From Chitinophagaceae bacterium (GTDB taxonomy: Bacteria > Bacteroidota > Bacteroidia > Chitinophagales > Chitinophagaceae), in the NCBI GenBank assembly GCA_039811345.1, contig JBDHYJ010000008.1, forward strand, positions 12,594-76,593: 64,000 nucleotides of DNA, written 5' to 3'. The notes beneath the pieces were generated by a model. That model searched no databases and was not told the DNA's origin. It was given only the letters and a program-made list of their open reading frames with translations. Each line of letters begins with the position of its first letter. Position 1 is the first letter of the stretch. Shown here in pieces: positions 49,051-57,143 of this stretch. A program made the translations under genes and the position numbers.

Positions 49051-50382
49051 ATGAAGCATATATTTCTTTTCACGTTACTTCTTTTCAGCATCACGGTACA
49101 TGCCCAGAAAAAGAAAGAAATTCAAAAGATTTTTGATGCCACTAAACGTCCCAAAAATCTATCAGATTCTGAATTACTTGATATTGTACAAAGACAAACA
49201 TTCCGGTATTTCTGGGACTTTGCACATCCTGTAAGTGGCATGGCGAGAGAAAGAAGTAATGAAGCCTACGAGTACGGAAATGAAGTGGTAACAACAGGCG
49301 GCACAGGTTTTGGTATAATGGCTGTTATTGTAGCCGCTGAAAGGCAATGGATATCCCGGGATACTGCCGCAAGGTTTCTGCTGAAAATGGTGAAGTTTTT
49401 ATCGAAGGCAGATGCCTATCATGGGGTATTCCCGCATTGGTTAAACGGCGCTACAGGTAAAACCATTCCCTTCAGCCGGAAAGATGATGGCGCAGACCTT
49501 GTAGAATCTTCGTTTCTGTTTCAGGGGCTTTTATGTGCACGCCAGTATTTTAATAGCGACGATAATGTGGAGACCGGATTACGCAACCGGATCAATTCAT
49601 TGTGGAATGAAATAGAATGGAACTGGTTCACCCGGGAAGGGCGCGAGGTACTATATTGGCACTGGAGCCCCAATAATGGATGGGCTATGAATTTTCCTTT
49701 GAGAGGCTTCAATGAATGTTTGATCACATATATACTTGCTGCAAGCTCGGAAAGATATCCTGTACCTGCCGCGGTATATCACAGGGGTTGGGCTCAAAGC
49801 GATTTTTTTAAAAACGGAAAAACTTTCTATGGTCATCTTCTTCCGCTCGGGTTTGATTATGGAGGCCCCTTGTTTTTTTCACATTACTCTTTCCTGGGAT
49901 TAAATCCAAAAGGCCTAAGAGACCAATATGCAGATTACTGGCAGCAAAATGTAAACCATACGCTCATTAATCATGATTACTGTGTAGATAATCCTAAGAA
50001 ATTTAAAGGATATGGCGAAAACTGCTGGGGACTTACAGCCAGCGATACCTACGACGGGTATAATGCATTTTCTCCTTCTAATGATTTTGGTACAATAACA
50101 CCCACTGCTGCACTATCTGCTTTTCCTTATACCCCTGAGTATTCCAAGAAAGCACTAAAACATTTTTACTACGATCTGGGCGATAAAATATGGAGCGAAT
50201 ATGGATTTACGGATGCCTTTAATGAAACAAAAAACTGGTATGCTAAGTCACATCTCGCTATTGATCAGGGTCCAATAATTGTGATGATAGAAAATTACAG
50301 AAGCGGGTTGATGTGGAAATTATTTATGAGTTGTCCGGAAATACAAAAGGGGTTGAAGAAATTAGGTTTTGAGAGAAATTAG
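49051..50382 (+). CDS. GH144-like (glucoamylase-family / endo-beta-1,2-glucanase-like) secreted protein
   Basis: About 443 aa from the ATG at 49051, with a type I signal peptide. It shares the motif series of the upstream paralogue (RQTFRYFWDFAHPVSGMARERS, FPHWLNG, GGPLFFSHYSFLG). Confidence 0.6.
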   Translation: MKHIFLFTLLLFSITVHAQKKKEIQKIFDATKRPKNLSDSELLDIVQRQTFRYFWDFAHPVSGMARERSNEAYEYGNEVVTTGGTGFGIMAVIVAAERQWISRDTAARFLLKMVKFLSKADAYHGVFPHWLNGATGKTIPFSRKDDGADLVESSFLFQGLLCARQYFNSDDNVETGLRNRINSLWNEIEWNWFTREGREVLYWHWSPNNGWAMNFPLRGFNECLITYILAASSERYPVPAAVYHRGWAQSDFFKNGKTFYGHLLPLGFDYGGPLFFSHYSFLGLNPKGLRDQYADYWQQNVNHTLINHDYCVDNPKKFKGYGENCWGLTASDTYDGYNAFSPSNDFGTITPTAALSAFPYTPEYSKKALKHFYYDLGDKIWSEYGFTDAFNETKNWYAKSHLAIDQGPIIVMIENYRSGLMWKLFMSCPEIQKGLKKLGFERN

Positions 50383-50391
50383 GACGTGAAA

Positions 50392-50662
50392 AGTCGCCAG
50401 AGACCACAAGATGGAAGTACGCGGCGAAGGCACCACGCACTGCATAAAAAAAACGTAGTATGCGTTGTAGACAACAAATACATTATAGAATACGGAGATG
50501 CAAAGCATAACGGGAGATAAAGATTTATAGATAGGAAGAAATATATTTTTTTAAATTGTAAAGAAGTCCGCAGGAGCTATCAAGAGCTATATGTTGCGTC
50601 TTCGCAATCCGCTCTGTGAGGCGAAGACGCCTCACAGAGCGGACTTGTCGCCTGTGGCGACA
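50392..50662. repeat. Left REPIN-like element (about 271 bp) bounded by inverted AGTCGCC...ACAAG termini
   Basis: Its right half carries interlocked GC-rich hairpins: GCGTCTTCGC/GCGAAGACGC, CCGCTCTGTGAGG/CCTCACAGAGCGG and GTCGCC-TGT-GGCGAC. Confidence 0.6.
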
Positions 50663-50700
50663 CCGAAGCTATTATTTTAACCTGTAAATACACTATCATT

Positions 50701-51258
50701 ATGAGCTATGAATTCACCGGCGGGTATAAGATTCGCGATCAGTTTGGTTTATTCTTTATGACCTTTACTGTAGTAGAATGGATTGATCTTTTCAGCAGAA
50801 AGCTATATAGGGATATCCTGATAAAGAACATGCAGTATTGCAGAATGCAAAAAGAACTTTCAGTAGGAGCATTTGTGATAATGACAAATCATGTTCACGT
50901 AATTTGGCAATCAACTTCAGGGAAACTGAGCGATACTTTGAGGGACTATAAATCTTTCTGTACAAAAGAATTTATCAATGCAATAGAGAATAATCCGGAG
51001 AGCAGAAAAGATTGGTTACTGAGATCATTTGCATTTCATGCAAAAGGTACAAATCAAAATAAGGATTATAAGATTTGGACAAATGATAATCACCCGGAGC
51101 AGATATTTACAGAAAAATTTTTGAGAACCAAGCTGGACTATATTCACAACAACCCGGTTCGTGCAGGTTGGGTAGCAAGTCCGGAAGATTATTTGTATTC
51201 ATCCGCATCCAACTATATTCTTGGAAAAGGCATAATGGAGATAGATTATTTATTTTAG
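50701..51258 (+). CDS. REP-associated tyrosine transposase (RAYT; IS200/IS605 Y1_Tnp-like)
   Basis: 185 aa. HUH motif in IMTNHVHVIWQS, plus C-terminal KLDYIHNNPVRAGWV and DYLYSSASNY (candidate catalytic Tyr region). Confidence 0.8.
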   Translation: MSYEFTGGYKIRDQFGLFFMTFTVVEWIDLFSRKLYRDILIKNMQYCRMQKELSVGAFVIMTNHVHVIWQSTSGKLSDTLRDYKSFCTKEFINAIENNPESRKDWLLRSFAFHAKGTNQNKDYKIWTNDNHPEQIFTEKFLRTKLDYIHNNPVRAGWVASPEDYLYSSASNYILGKGIMEIDYLF

Positions 51259-51262
51259 TTAT

Positions 51263-51511
51263 AGTCGCCGGAGGCAACAAGACATATGCATGAGGTGAAG
51301 ACTCCTCATGCAGCGGATACTCATGCAGCGGATACTCTCATACAGCAGATACCTCATGCAGCAGATACCTCATGCAGCGGATTTTCATGCGGTGGATTTT
51401 AGGAGTTATGCGGTAGGAGCTATGCGTAGGAGCTATGCGTGGCGTCTTCGTTGGTAGGAGCTATGCGTGGCGTCTTCGCCGCGCATCCCTGTCTTGTCGC
51501 CTCCGGCGACT
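51263..51511. repeat. Right REPIN-like element (about 249 bp) bounded by a 22-nt inverted repeat with one mismatch; the interior is two families of short tandem repeats
   Basis: AGTCGCCGGAGGCAACAAGACA at 51263-51284 versus TGTCTTGTCGCCTCCGGCGACT at 51490-51511. Inside there are 6 units with a 16-17-nt period (CTCATGCAGCGGATA-like, 51304-51400) and 4 units starting AGGAGCTATGCG (51401-51486). Confidence 0.75.
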
Positions 51512-51691
51512 TTTAATATATAACGCTATTCCTGGCTTTACTTTACTTCCTGTCAGCAACGGAGTATTAGCATATCTTTCACAGTATTCGTTAAATTATT
51601 AACAAAGTATCTGTTACAAAAGGAAGTTCTATTCGTTATTTTTAAACTGACAATCTTAGTAGTCGTCCTATCATTATAAAAACTTCCTGAC

Positions 51692-54193
51692 ATGAAAACT
51701 TTTTACACAATACTGACCATAATAGTTGCCGGAATTATTCTGCCAGTTGCAGCTATCTCACAAAATGAATGGCCAAAATCTTTTACCAATGAAAATGGTG
51801 ACATTGTAAAAGTATATCAGCTTCAGCCAGAGTCATTTTCAAACGGAGTGCTGGAGGCAACTGCTGCAATATCAGTTTTGAAAGAAGGAAAAGGTGATCC
51901 CGTATTTGGAATGATTTGGTTAAATGCAAATGCCGATACACGTGGGCAGCAGGTAAATCTGAGTTCCATTCAGGTGAATAATATTAAGATACCCAATGAT
52001 AGTGACCAGGATATTCTAACAGCACTTCAGGATGACATCACCCGAAAAATGAATAACTGGTATATTTCTATTCCATTAAATGATATTAATTCTGCATTAC
52101 AATTAAATCGTGAGGAAACAAATTTATCATCGAAAATAAATAATAACCCACCCAAAATTTTATACACTAACAAACCCTCAATTCTGGTAGTGATTGACGG
52201 GGCGCCGAGGCTGCAAAACAATAATAAGTGGAATGTGCATACTGTAGTTAATACCCCTTTTATCATTTTAAAAAATGACAACCGTTTCTTTTTATATGGT
52301 GGAAAACACTGGTATACTGCATCTGCAGTAACCGGACCCTACAGTATCACGACAAGTATACCAGGCAAACTTGAACGGATACAGGAAGAAGTAGCACAGG
52401 CAAACAAAGACAATAATGTGCAGCAGGAACAAAAAGATTATGAGATATCCAATATTATTGTGACTACCGAGCCTGCAGAATTATTACAATCCGATGGAGA
52501 ACCAAATTTTACTCCTATACAGGGAACAAATTTACTGTACGTCAGAAATTCAGACAATGACATATTTATGGATGTACCTGGTCAGCAGTATTATGTATTG
52601 CTTTCCGGGCGCTGGTACAGATCATCAGCATTGGATGGCAAATGGCAATATATTGGCGCAGATAATCTTCCTGCTGATTTTGCAAAAATTCCAGCCGGTT
52701 CCGCTAAAGATAATGTACTGGCCAGTGTAGCAGGAACCCCTGAGGCAAGGGATGCAGTGATGGATGCCCAGGTACCGCAAACTGCTAAGGTAGATCGCAA
52801 AACCGCCAATGCCGACATAGAATATGACGGTGACCCCCGCTTTGATAATATTTCCGGAACAGATATGGACTATGCAGTTAATACATCTTCCTATGTTTTA
52901 CGCTGGAGGGGGTCTTACTATGCTGTTGATAAAGGAGTCTGGTTTCAATCATATAGCCCCGATGGGCCTTGGAGAATATGCGTTGAACGCCCCTATGCAG
53001 TATCGCTTATCCCTCCCCGTTATCCTGTATACGCCATGAAATACGTATATATCTACGATGTTACACCCGATTATATTTATGTGGGATATACACCCGGATA
53101 TCTCAACACGTTCATATATGGTCCAACTGTAGTTTATGGAACAGGATATTATTATCGTCCCTGGTATGGAAGATATTATTATCCTCGTCCCTATACCTGG
53201 GGATTCAATATGCAGTACAACCCCTGGACCGGATGGGGATTTGGATTCAATTTTAATTTTGGTTGGTTCCATTTTGGCATTGGAAATTATAGTCCATGGC
53301 CATATTATGGTGGTTGGTGGGGCCCTGCAATTTATCGTCCTTCTTACTGCTGGTCTCCCTACCGGGCAGGATATCATGGAGGCTATCATGGTGGATACTA
53401 CGGTAATTACGGACACCGTAATACTGTAATCATAAACAACAATATCAATATTTATCACAATAACAATATATACAATCGTCGTACAGGCGTAGTGGGTACA
53501 AGGGATAACCGCAGAGTAGCATCTGCATATTCCCGGAATATTCAATCATCACCTGCGGGAAGATATGGGAATGCAAGACCTGTTGAAAGAGAAATCACAC
53601 GAAATCAGGCTAATTACAATAGTAGCAGACCTAGTGTCGGAAGAAGCGTTCAGCCTGGCAATTATTCTCAGAGAGCTGATCAGTCGGGAAGCCATAATGA
53701 GGTACGAAGGACTTTTGAATCCGGTGAGCCAAGGACAAGGAGAACATTTGAAACGCTGCCACAAAATAATACTTCATCTTCCAGTCGGGCAAGTACTCCT
53801 TCCCGCAGGGTAAATGGCGACTTTGCACCTCAGAGAAGGGATCAGTCCGCTGATTACAATAGAGGTCAGTTTGAAAGGCGCTCTGTACAGCAGCCTGGAG
53901 ACTATAATAGGAGGCAGATTGAAAGACGTTCTGTGCAACAGCCTGCCGACTATAATAGGGTACAGATTGAAAGACGCTCTGTACAGCAGCCTGCCAACCC
54001 ATCGTTTAATGGCAACAGACAAGTCAGGCAACAGCCCACTATAGTGAGAGATCAGCCTATTCAAAGAAGTTTCCAGTCTTCCCGTCAACCCGTACAAAGA
54101 ATGGAAAGGCAAAGCGCACCTGCACGGAGCTCAGGTGGTGCTGAAAGAATCAGCCGGCCTTCCGGGGGTGAAAGGAGGGCTGGAAGAGGTTAA
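51692..54193 (+). CDS. Secreted protein of unknown function with an aromatic/Gly/Pro-rich low-complexity segment and an Arg/Gln-rich repeat tail
   Basis: 833 aa with signal peptide MKTFYTILTIIVAGIILPVAAISQ. The globular N-terminal region is about 470 aa. It is followed by YYYRPWYGRYYYPRPYTWGFN...GWWGPAIYRPSY...GYHGGYHGGYYGNYG, an Asn/Ile-rich stretch and a basic tail. Confidence 0.8.
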   Translation: MKTFYTILTIIVAGIILPVAAISQNEWPKSFTNENGDIVKVYQLQPESFSNGVLEATAAISVLKEGKGDPVFGMIWLNANADTRGQQVNLSSIQVNNIKIPNDSDQDILTALQDDITRKMNNWYISIPLNDINSALQLNREETNLSSKINNNPPKILYTNKPSILVVIDGAPRLQNNNKWNVHTVVNTPFIILKNDNRFFLYGGKHWYTASAVTGPYSITTSIPGKLERIQEEVAQANKDNNVQQEQKDYEISNIIVTTEPAELLQSDGEPNFTPIQGTNLLYVRNSDNDIFMDVPGQQYYVLLSGRWYRSSALDGKWQYIGADNLPADFAKIPAGSAKDNVLASVAGTPEARDAVMDAQVPQTAKVDRKTANADIEYDGDPRFDNISGTDMDYAVNTSSYVLRWRGSYYAVDKGVWFQSYSPDGPWRICVERPYAVSLIPPRYPVYAMKYVYIYDVTPDYIYVGYTPGYLNTFIYGPTVVYGTGYYYRPWYGRYYYPRPYTWGFNMQYNPWTGWGFGFNFNFGWFHFGIGNYSPWPYYGGWWGPAIYRPSYCWSPYRAGYHGGYHGGYYGNYGHRNTVIINNNINIYHNNNIYNRRTGVVGTRDNRRVASAYSRNIQSSPAGRYGNARPVEREITRNQANYNSSRPSVGRSVQPGNYSQRADQSGSHNEVRRTFESGEPRTRRTFETLPQNNTSSSSRASTPSRRVNGDFAPQRRDQSADYNRGQFERRSVQQPGDYNRRQIERRSVQQPADYNRVQIERRSVQQPANPSFNGNRQVRQQPTIVRDQPIQRSFQSSRQPVQRMERQSAPARSSGGAERISRPSGGERRAGRG
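53852..53995 (+). repeat. Three tandem 48-nt (16-aa) repeats encoding DYNR-x-Q-[FI]-ERRSVQQP-[GA]
   Basis: The units at 53852-53899, 53900-53947 and 53948-53995 were read directly. Differences between units include both synonymous and amino-acid-changing substitutions. Confidence 0.9.
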
Positions 54194-54217
54194 ATAAGGC
54201 GAAATATGTAACTCAAA

Positions 54218-54250
54218 AGAGAAATATGCATCTATATTTCTCTTTTTTTA
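54218..54250 (+). terminator. Rho-independent terminator
   Basis: AGAGAAATAT-GCATCT-ATATTTCTCT followed by a T-run, 25 nt after the stop of the 833-aa gene. Confidence 0.8.
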
Positions 54251-54348
54251 TTATTAATAATATAGCTTTGCCCAAAAATAAAATTTTAGCAGCTTGTAAT
54301 TCAGGCTGATACTATATCTTTACCAATAACATATCAAAAACAATAGAA

Positions 54349-55212
54349 ATGAAATTGAAGCATTTTTTATTATTGGCCATTGCTCCCGCTTTTCTTTTTT
54401 CCTGCGTAAGCAGCAAAAAATTTAAAGCTGCCCAGGCTAAGTTAGATTCCCTCAACCAGGCTCAAACAAAACTCCAGGGTGATTTAAAACTTTGCGAAGA
54501 CAATAAATCGGAACTGGAGCGTCAGAAAACGTCTTACGAAGCTCAACTCGCTGATTTGAACAAGCAGCTTGCACTTGCTAAGGAAAACAACACTGCTGCA
54601 TTGAAACAACTTGAAGATCTTTCTGTGATCTCAGCAGCCCAGGCTCAGAGCATAAAGAAATCTCTTGATAACATTGGCGCAAAAGATGCTTATATACAGG
54701 ATTTACAAACCGCTATGGCCCGCAAAGATTCATTAAACATGGCTCTTGTAATGAATCTTAAAGGAGCAATAGGAAACATGGACGACCAGGATATCAATAT
54801 AAAAGTTGATAAAGGTGTTGTATTTATAGATATTTCAGACAAATTGCTTTTCAGAAGCGGTAGTTATGATATTACTGAAAAAGCAAAAACAGTACTGGGA
54901 AAAGTTGCTACAGTGTTGAAAGCTCAGCCTGATATTGAATTTATGGTTGAAGGGCATACCGATGATGTTCCTTTCAGCAAAGGATTGTTGCTCGACAACT
55001 GGGATCTGAGTGTGAAAAGAGCCACAGCTGTAGTAAGAGTATTACAAAAACAATATGGTATCCCACCTGCTAAGATGGCTGCTGCAGGCCGTAGCGAGTA
55101 TGTACCTGTTGCTGATAATAATACTGCAGAAGGCAGAGCCGCAAACCGCAGAACAAGAATCGTTATACTTCCTCAGTTGGATCAGTTCTTTCAATTACTT
55201 GAAAAGAAATAA
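54349..55212 (+). CDS. OmpA-family lipoprotein with an N-terminal coiled coil
   Basis: Lipobox FLFSC. A heptad-like Q/L/K/E-rich segment is followed by a C-terminal OmpA_C domain (VEGHTDDVP ... NWDLSVKRA ... NRRTRIVILP). Confidence 0.9.
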   Translation: MKLKHFLLLAIAPAFLFSCVSSKKFKAAQAKLDSLNQAQTKLQGDLKLCEDNKSELERQKTSYEAQLADLNKQLALAKENNTAALKQLEDLSVISAAQAQSIKKSLDNIGAKDAYIQDLQTAMARKDSLNMALVMNLKGAIGNMDDQDINIKVDKGVVFIDISDKLLFRSGSYDITEKAKTVLGKVATVLKAQPDIEFMVEGHTDDVPFSKGLLLDNWDLSVKRATAVVRVLQKQYGIPPAKMAAAGRSEYVPVADNNTAEGRAANRRTRIVILPQLDQFFQLLEKK

Positions 55213-55236
55213 AACTCATTCGTAAATAAAATAGTA

Positions 55237-55275
55237 AAGCCATTCAGGAAGTTGCTGAATGGCTTTATTGTTTTG
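55237..55275. terminator. Bidirectional terminator between convergent genes
   Basis: AAAGCCATTCAG-GAAGTTG-CTGAATGGCTTT followed by ATTGTTTT. Confidence 0.75.
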
Positions 55276-55292
55276 ATGATATACGGCGTATT

Positions 55293-56507
55293 TTATCTTC
55301 TGCTTGCTATCAGTAAATTCAGGTCGGTGTACTTTAAATTAAATCTCTGGCTTAAATAAATATTAGTAAGTGCGCCTTTGAATAAATATATCCCGCTTCG
55401 AATATTAAACTTGTGCCACACCAGTTTTTCCAGCCCGCCCTCATCGCCAATCTCAAGTAGCAGGGGCATAAGCACATTGCTGATCGCCTGCGATGCTGTT
55501 CTTGCAAAACCTGAAGGGATATTTGGAACGCAATAGTGTATTACACCATGCTTAATAAATACAGGATTTTCGTGTGAAGTAATTTCAGAGGTTTCAAAAC
55601 ACCCGCCCCGGTCTATACACACATCAAGGATAACACTTCCCGGGCGCATTATCGAAACCATTTCTTCAGTAGCTACAATAGGTGTTCTGCCACCAAATGA
55701 GGATAATGCCCCTACGGCAACATCACAAGTCTTTAATTGCTTGGCAAGTATTTTAGGTTCAATTACCGAAGTCCAAATCCTTGCTCCAATATTGCCCTGT
55801 ATCCGTTTTAATTTGTAAATATTGTTATCAAAGACCTTCACACTGCTACCCATTGCCATAGCGGTCCGGGCGGCATATTCGCCTACAATACCGGCTCCTA
55901 TAATTACTACTTTTGTTGGAGGTATTCCTGAAATTCCTCCAAGCAACATTCCTTTGCCATTATTGGCATTGCTCAGGTAATTGCCCGCGAGCAGCATTAC
56001 AGCACTTCCCGCTATCTCACTCATACTCCTCACTATCGGGTTATGTCCCGAATCATCTTTAAAGTTTTCAAACGACAATGCCGTTATTCTTTTCTCCATC
56101 ATACATTGCAGTATGGAAGTTTTCATAACAGGTAAATGTATGGGTGAAATTATCGTTTGATCTGTTTTCAGCAGGGAAAGTTCTTCATCATTTACAGGGG
56201 CAGATTTCATAATCATGTCGCACTGAAAAACCTCTTTCTTTTCGTAGGCTATTTTTGCTCCTGCTTCACTGTAGTCTTTTTCAGAGAAATGTGCGCCTTC
56301 ACCGGCCCGATGTTCCACCACTACTTTATGACCGTTATTTACTAATACGCTTATCGCATCCGGAGTTAATGCTATTCTATTTTCCTGGAAGGTATTTTCT
56401 CTTGGAATACCAATGAGTAATTGAGCTTCACGCGGCTTCACGTCTAAAGTCTCTTCCAGCGTCTCATAATTAAACGATGTGGATACAAAGGGCTTCTCTG
56501 CCGGCAT
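55293..56507 (-). CDS. Alanine dehydrogenase / PNT-family NAD(H)-binding protein
   Basis: 404 aa. N-terminal AlaDh_PNT_N-like segment (IGIPRENTFQENRIALTP) and Rossmann motif VVIIGAGIVG. Confidence 0.7.
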   Translation of the reverse strand: MPAEKPFVSTSFNYETLEETLDVKPREAQLLIGIPRENTFQENRIALTPDAISVLVNNGHKVVVEHRAGEGAHFSEKDYSEAGAKIAYEKKEVFQCDMIMKSAPVNDEELSLLKTDQTIISPIHLPVMKTSILQCMMEKRITALSFENFKDDSGHNPIVRSMSEIAGSAVMLLAGNYLSNANNGKGMLLGGISGIPPTKVVIIGAGIVGEYAARTAMAMGSSVKVFDNNIYKLKRIQGNIGARIWTSVIEPKILAKQLKTCDVAVGALSSFGGRTPIVATEEMVSIMRPGSVILDVCIDRGGCFETSEITSHENPVFIKHGVIHYCVPNIPSGFARTASQAISNVLMPLLLEIGDEGGLEKLVWHKFNIRSGIYLFKGALTNIYLSQRFNLKYTDLNLLIASRR

Positions 56508-56536
56508 ATTACGAAAAGGTTTGAGTGGACAATTTA

Positions 56537-56971
56537 CTAAAATTTTGTCGCGCTGTCAGCAATTTTTAGGAGACGGCTGCTCTCACCGGTTACGGTCATA
56601 TATACATGCACGGTATCATCCGGCAAAATTGAGGTTATTTTTTCAGGCCATTCTACAAAACAAATACTACCTGAGTATAAGCAATCTTCTACTCCGGCAT
56701 TTATCGCTTCTGCTTCGTCTTTTATACGATACAAATCAAGATGAAAGATTGATTGGCGCTCAGTGTCATCAATAAATATATATTCATTAATCAGCGAAAA
56801 TGTGGGGCTACCAGTGGCTGAGCTTACACCGCGGATTTTACACAATGCAGAAATAAATGTAGTTTTTCCGACTCCCATCTCTCCATGAAATGCATATACT
56901 TTGCTGTTAACATTTTGCCAGAATTTACTGGCTGCTTCATCTATCTGATCCAGTTGTACAATTAATTCCAT
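56537..56971 (-). CDS. tsaE: tRNA t6A37 biosynthesis ATPase TsaE
   Basis: 144 aa. P-loop FHGEMGVGKTTF and SPTFSLINEY motifs. Confidence 0.85.
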   Translation of the reverse strand: MELIVQLDQIDEAASKFWQNVNSKVYAFHGEMGVGKTTFISALCKIRGVSSATGSPTFSLINEYIFIDDTERQSIFHLDLYRIKDEAEAINAGVEDCLYSGSICFVEWPEKITSILPDDTVHVYMTVTGESSRLLKIADSATKF

Positions 56972-57041
56972 ACTGTATTGTAAAAAAGAGATTATTCAAT
57001 TCGAAGGCATTTTTAATATACATCTATCCAAATGACACCAT

Positions 57042-57095
57042 GTTGCAAAGATAACTGGCATTAAGGGCATTTACTGCTACCTGGTTGCAAAGATA
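57042..57095 (+). promoter_or_regulatory. Two 12-nt direct repeats GTTGCAAAGATA spaced 42 nt start to start, upstream of the P-type ATPase
   Basis: 57042-57053 and 57084-57095 were read directly. The second lies 49 nt upstream of the ATG at 57144. Confidence 0.35.
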
Positions 57096-57143
57096 TACTT
57101 ATTGCAGCCCTGGCTTTTGAAGGTCAGTGTATAGCTTTGCATT

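Larger units (their letters stand above)
50392..51511. mobile_element. RAYT cassette: a Y1-transposase-like gene bracketed by two inverted-repeat (REPIN-like) elements
   Basis: The outermost roughly 50 nt at 50392-50443 resemble the reverse complement of 51460-51511 (AGTCGCCnGAGnCnACAAGA ... CGCGGCGAAGnCnCCACGCA). Shorter inner copies of the 22-nt end lie at 50641-50662 and 51263-51284. Confidence 0.65.

Noticed and set aside
51304-51486. Possible CRISPR array because of regularly spaced short repeats
   Set aside because: The units are only 13-17 nt and directly abut each other with no unique spacers. No cas genes are present, and the block lies inside an inverted-repeat element next to a RAYT.
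52949-54112. Several ORFs on both strands (198, 97, 123, 112, 82, 76 and 71 aa) overlapping the 3' third of the 833-aa gene
   Set aside because: They arise from the repetitive, compositionally biased DNA that encodes the aromatic and Arg-rich tail. Only the long + frame is continuous with a signal peptide and the N-terminal domain.
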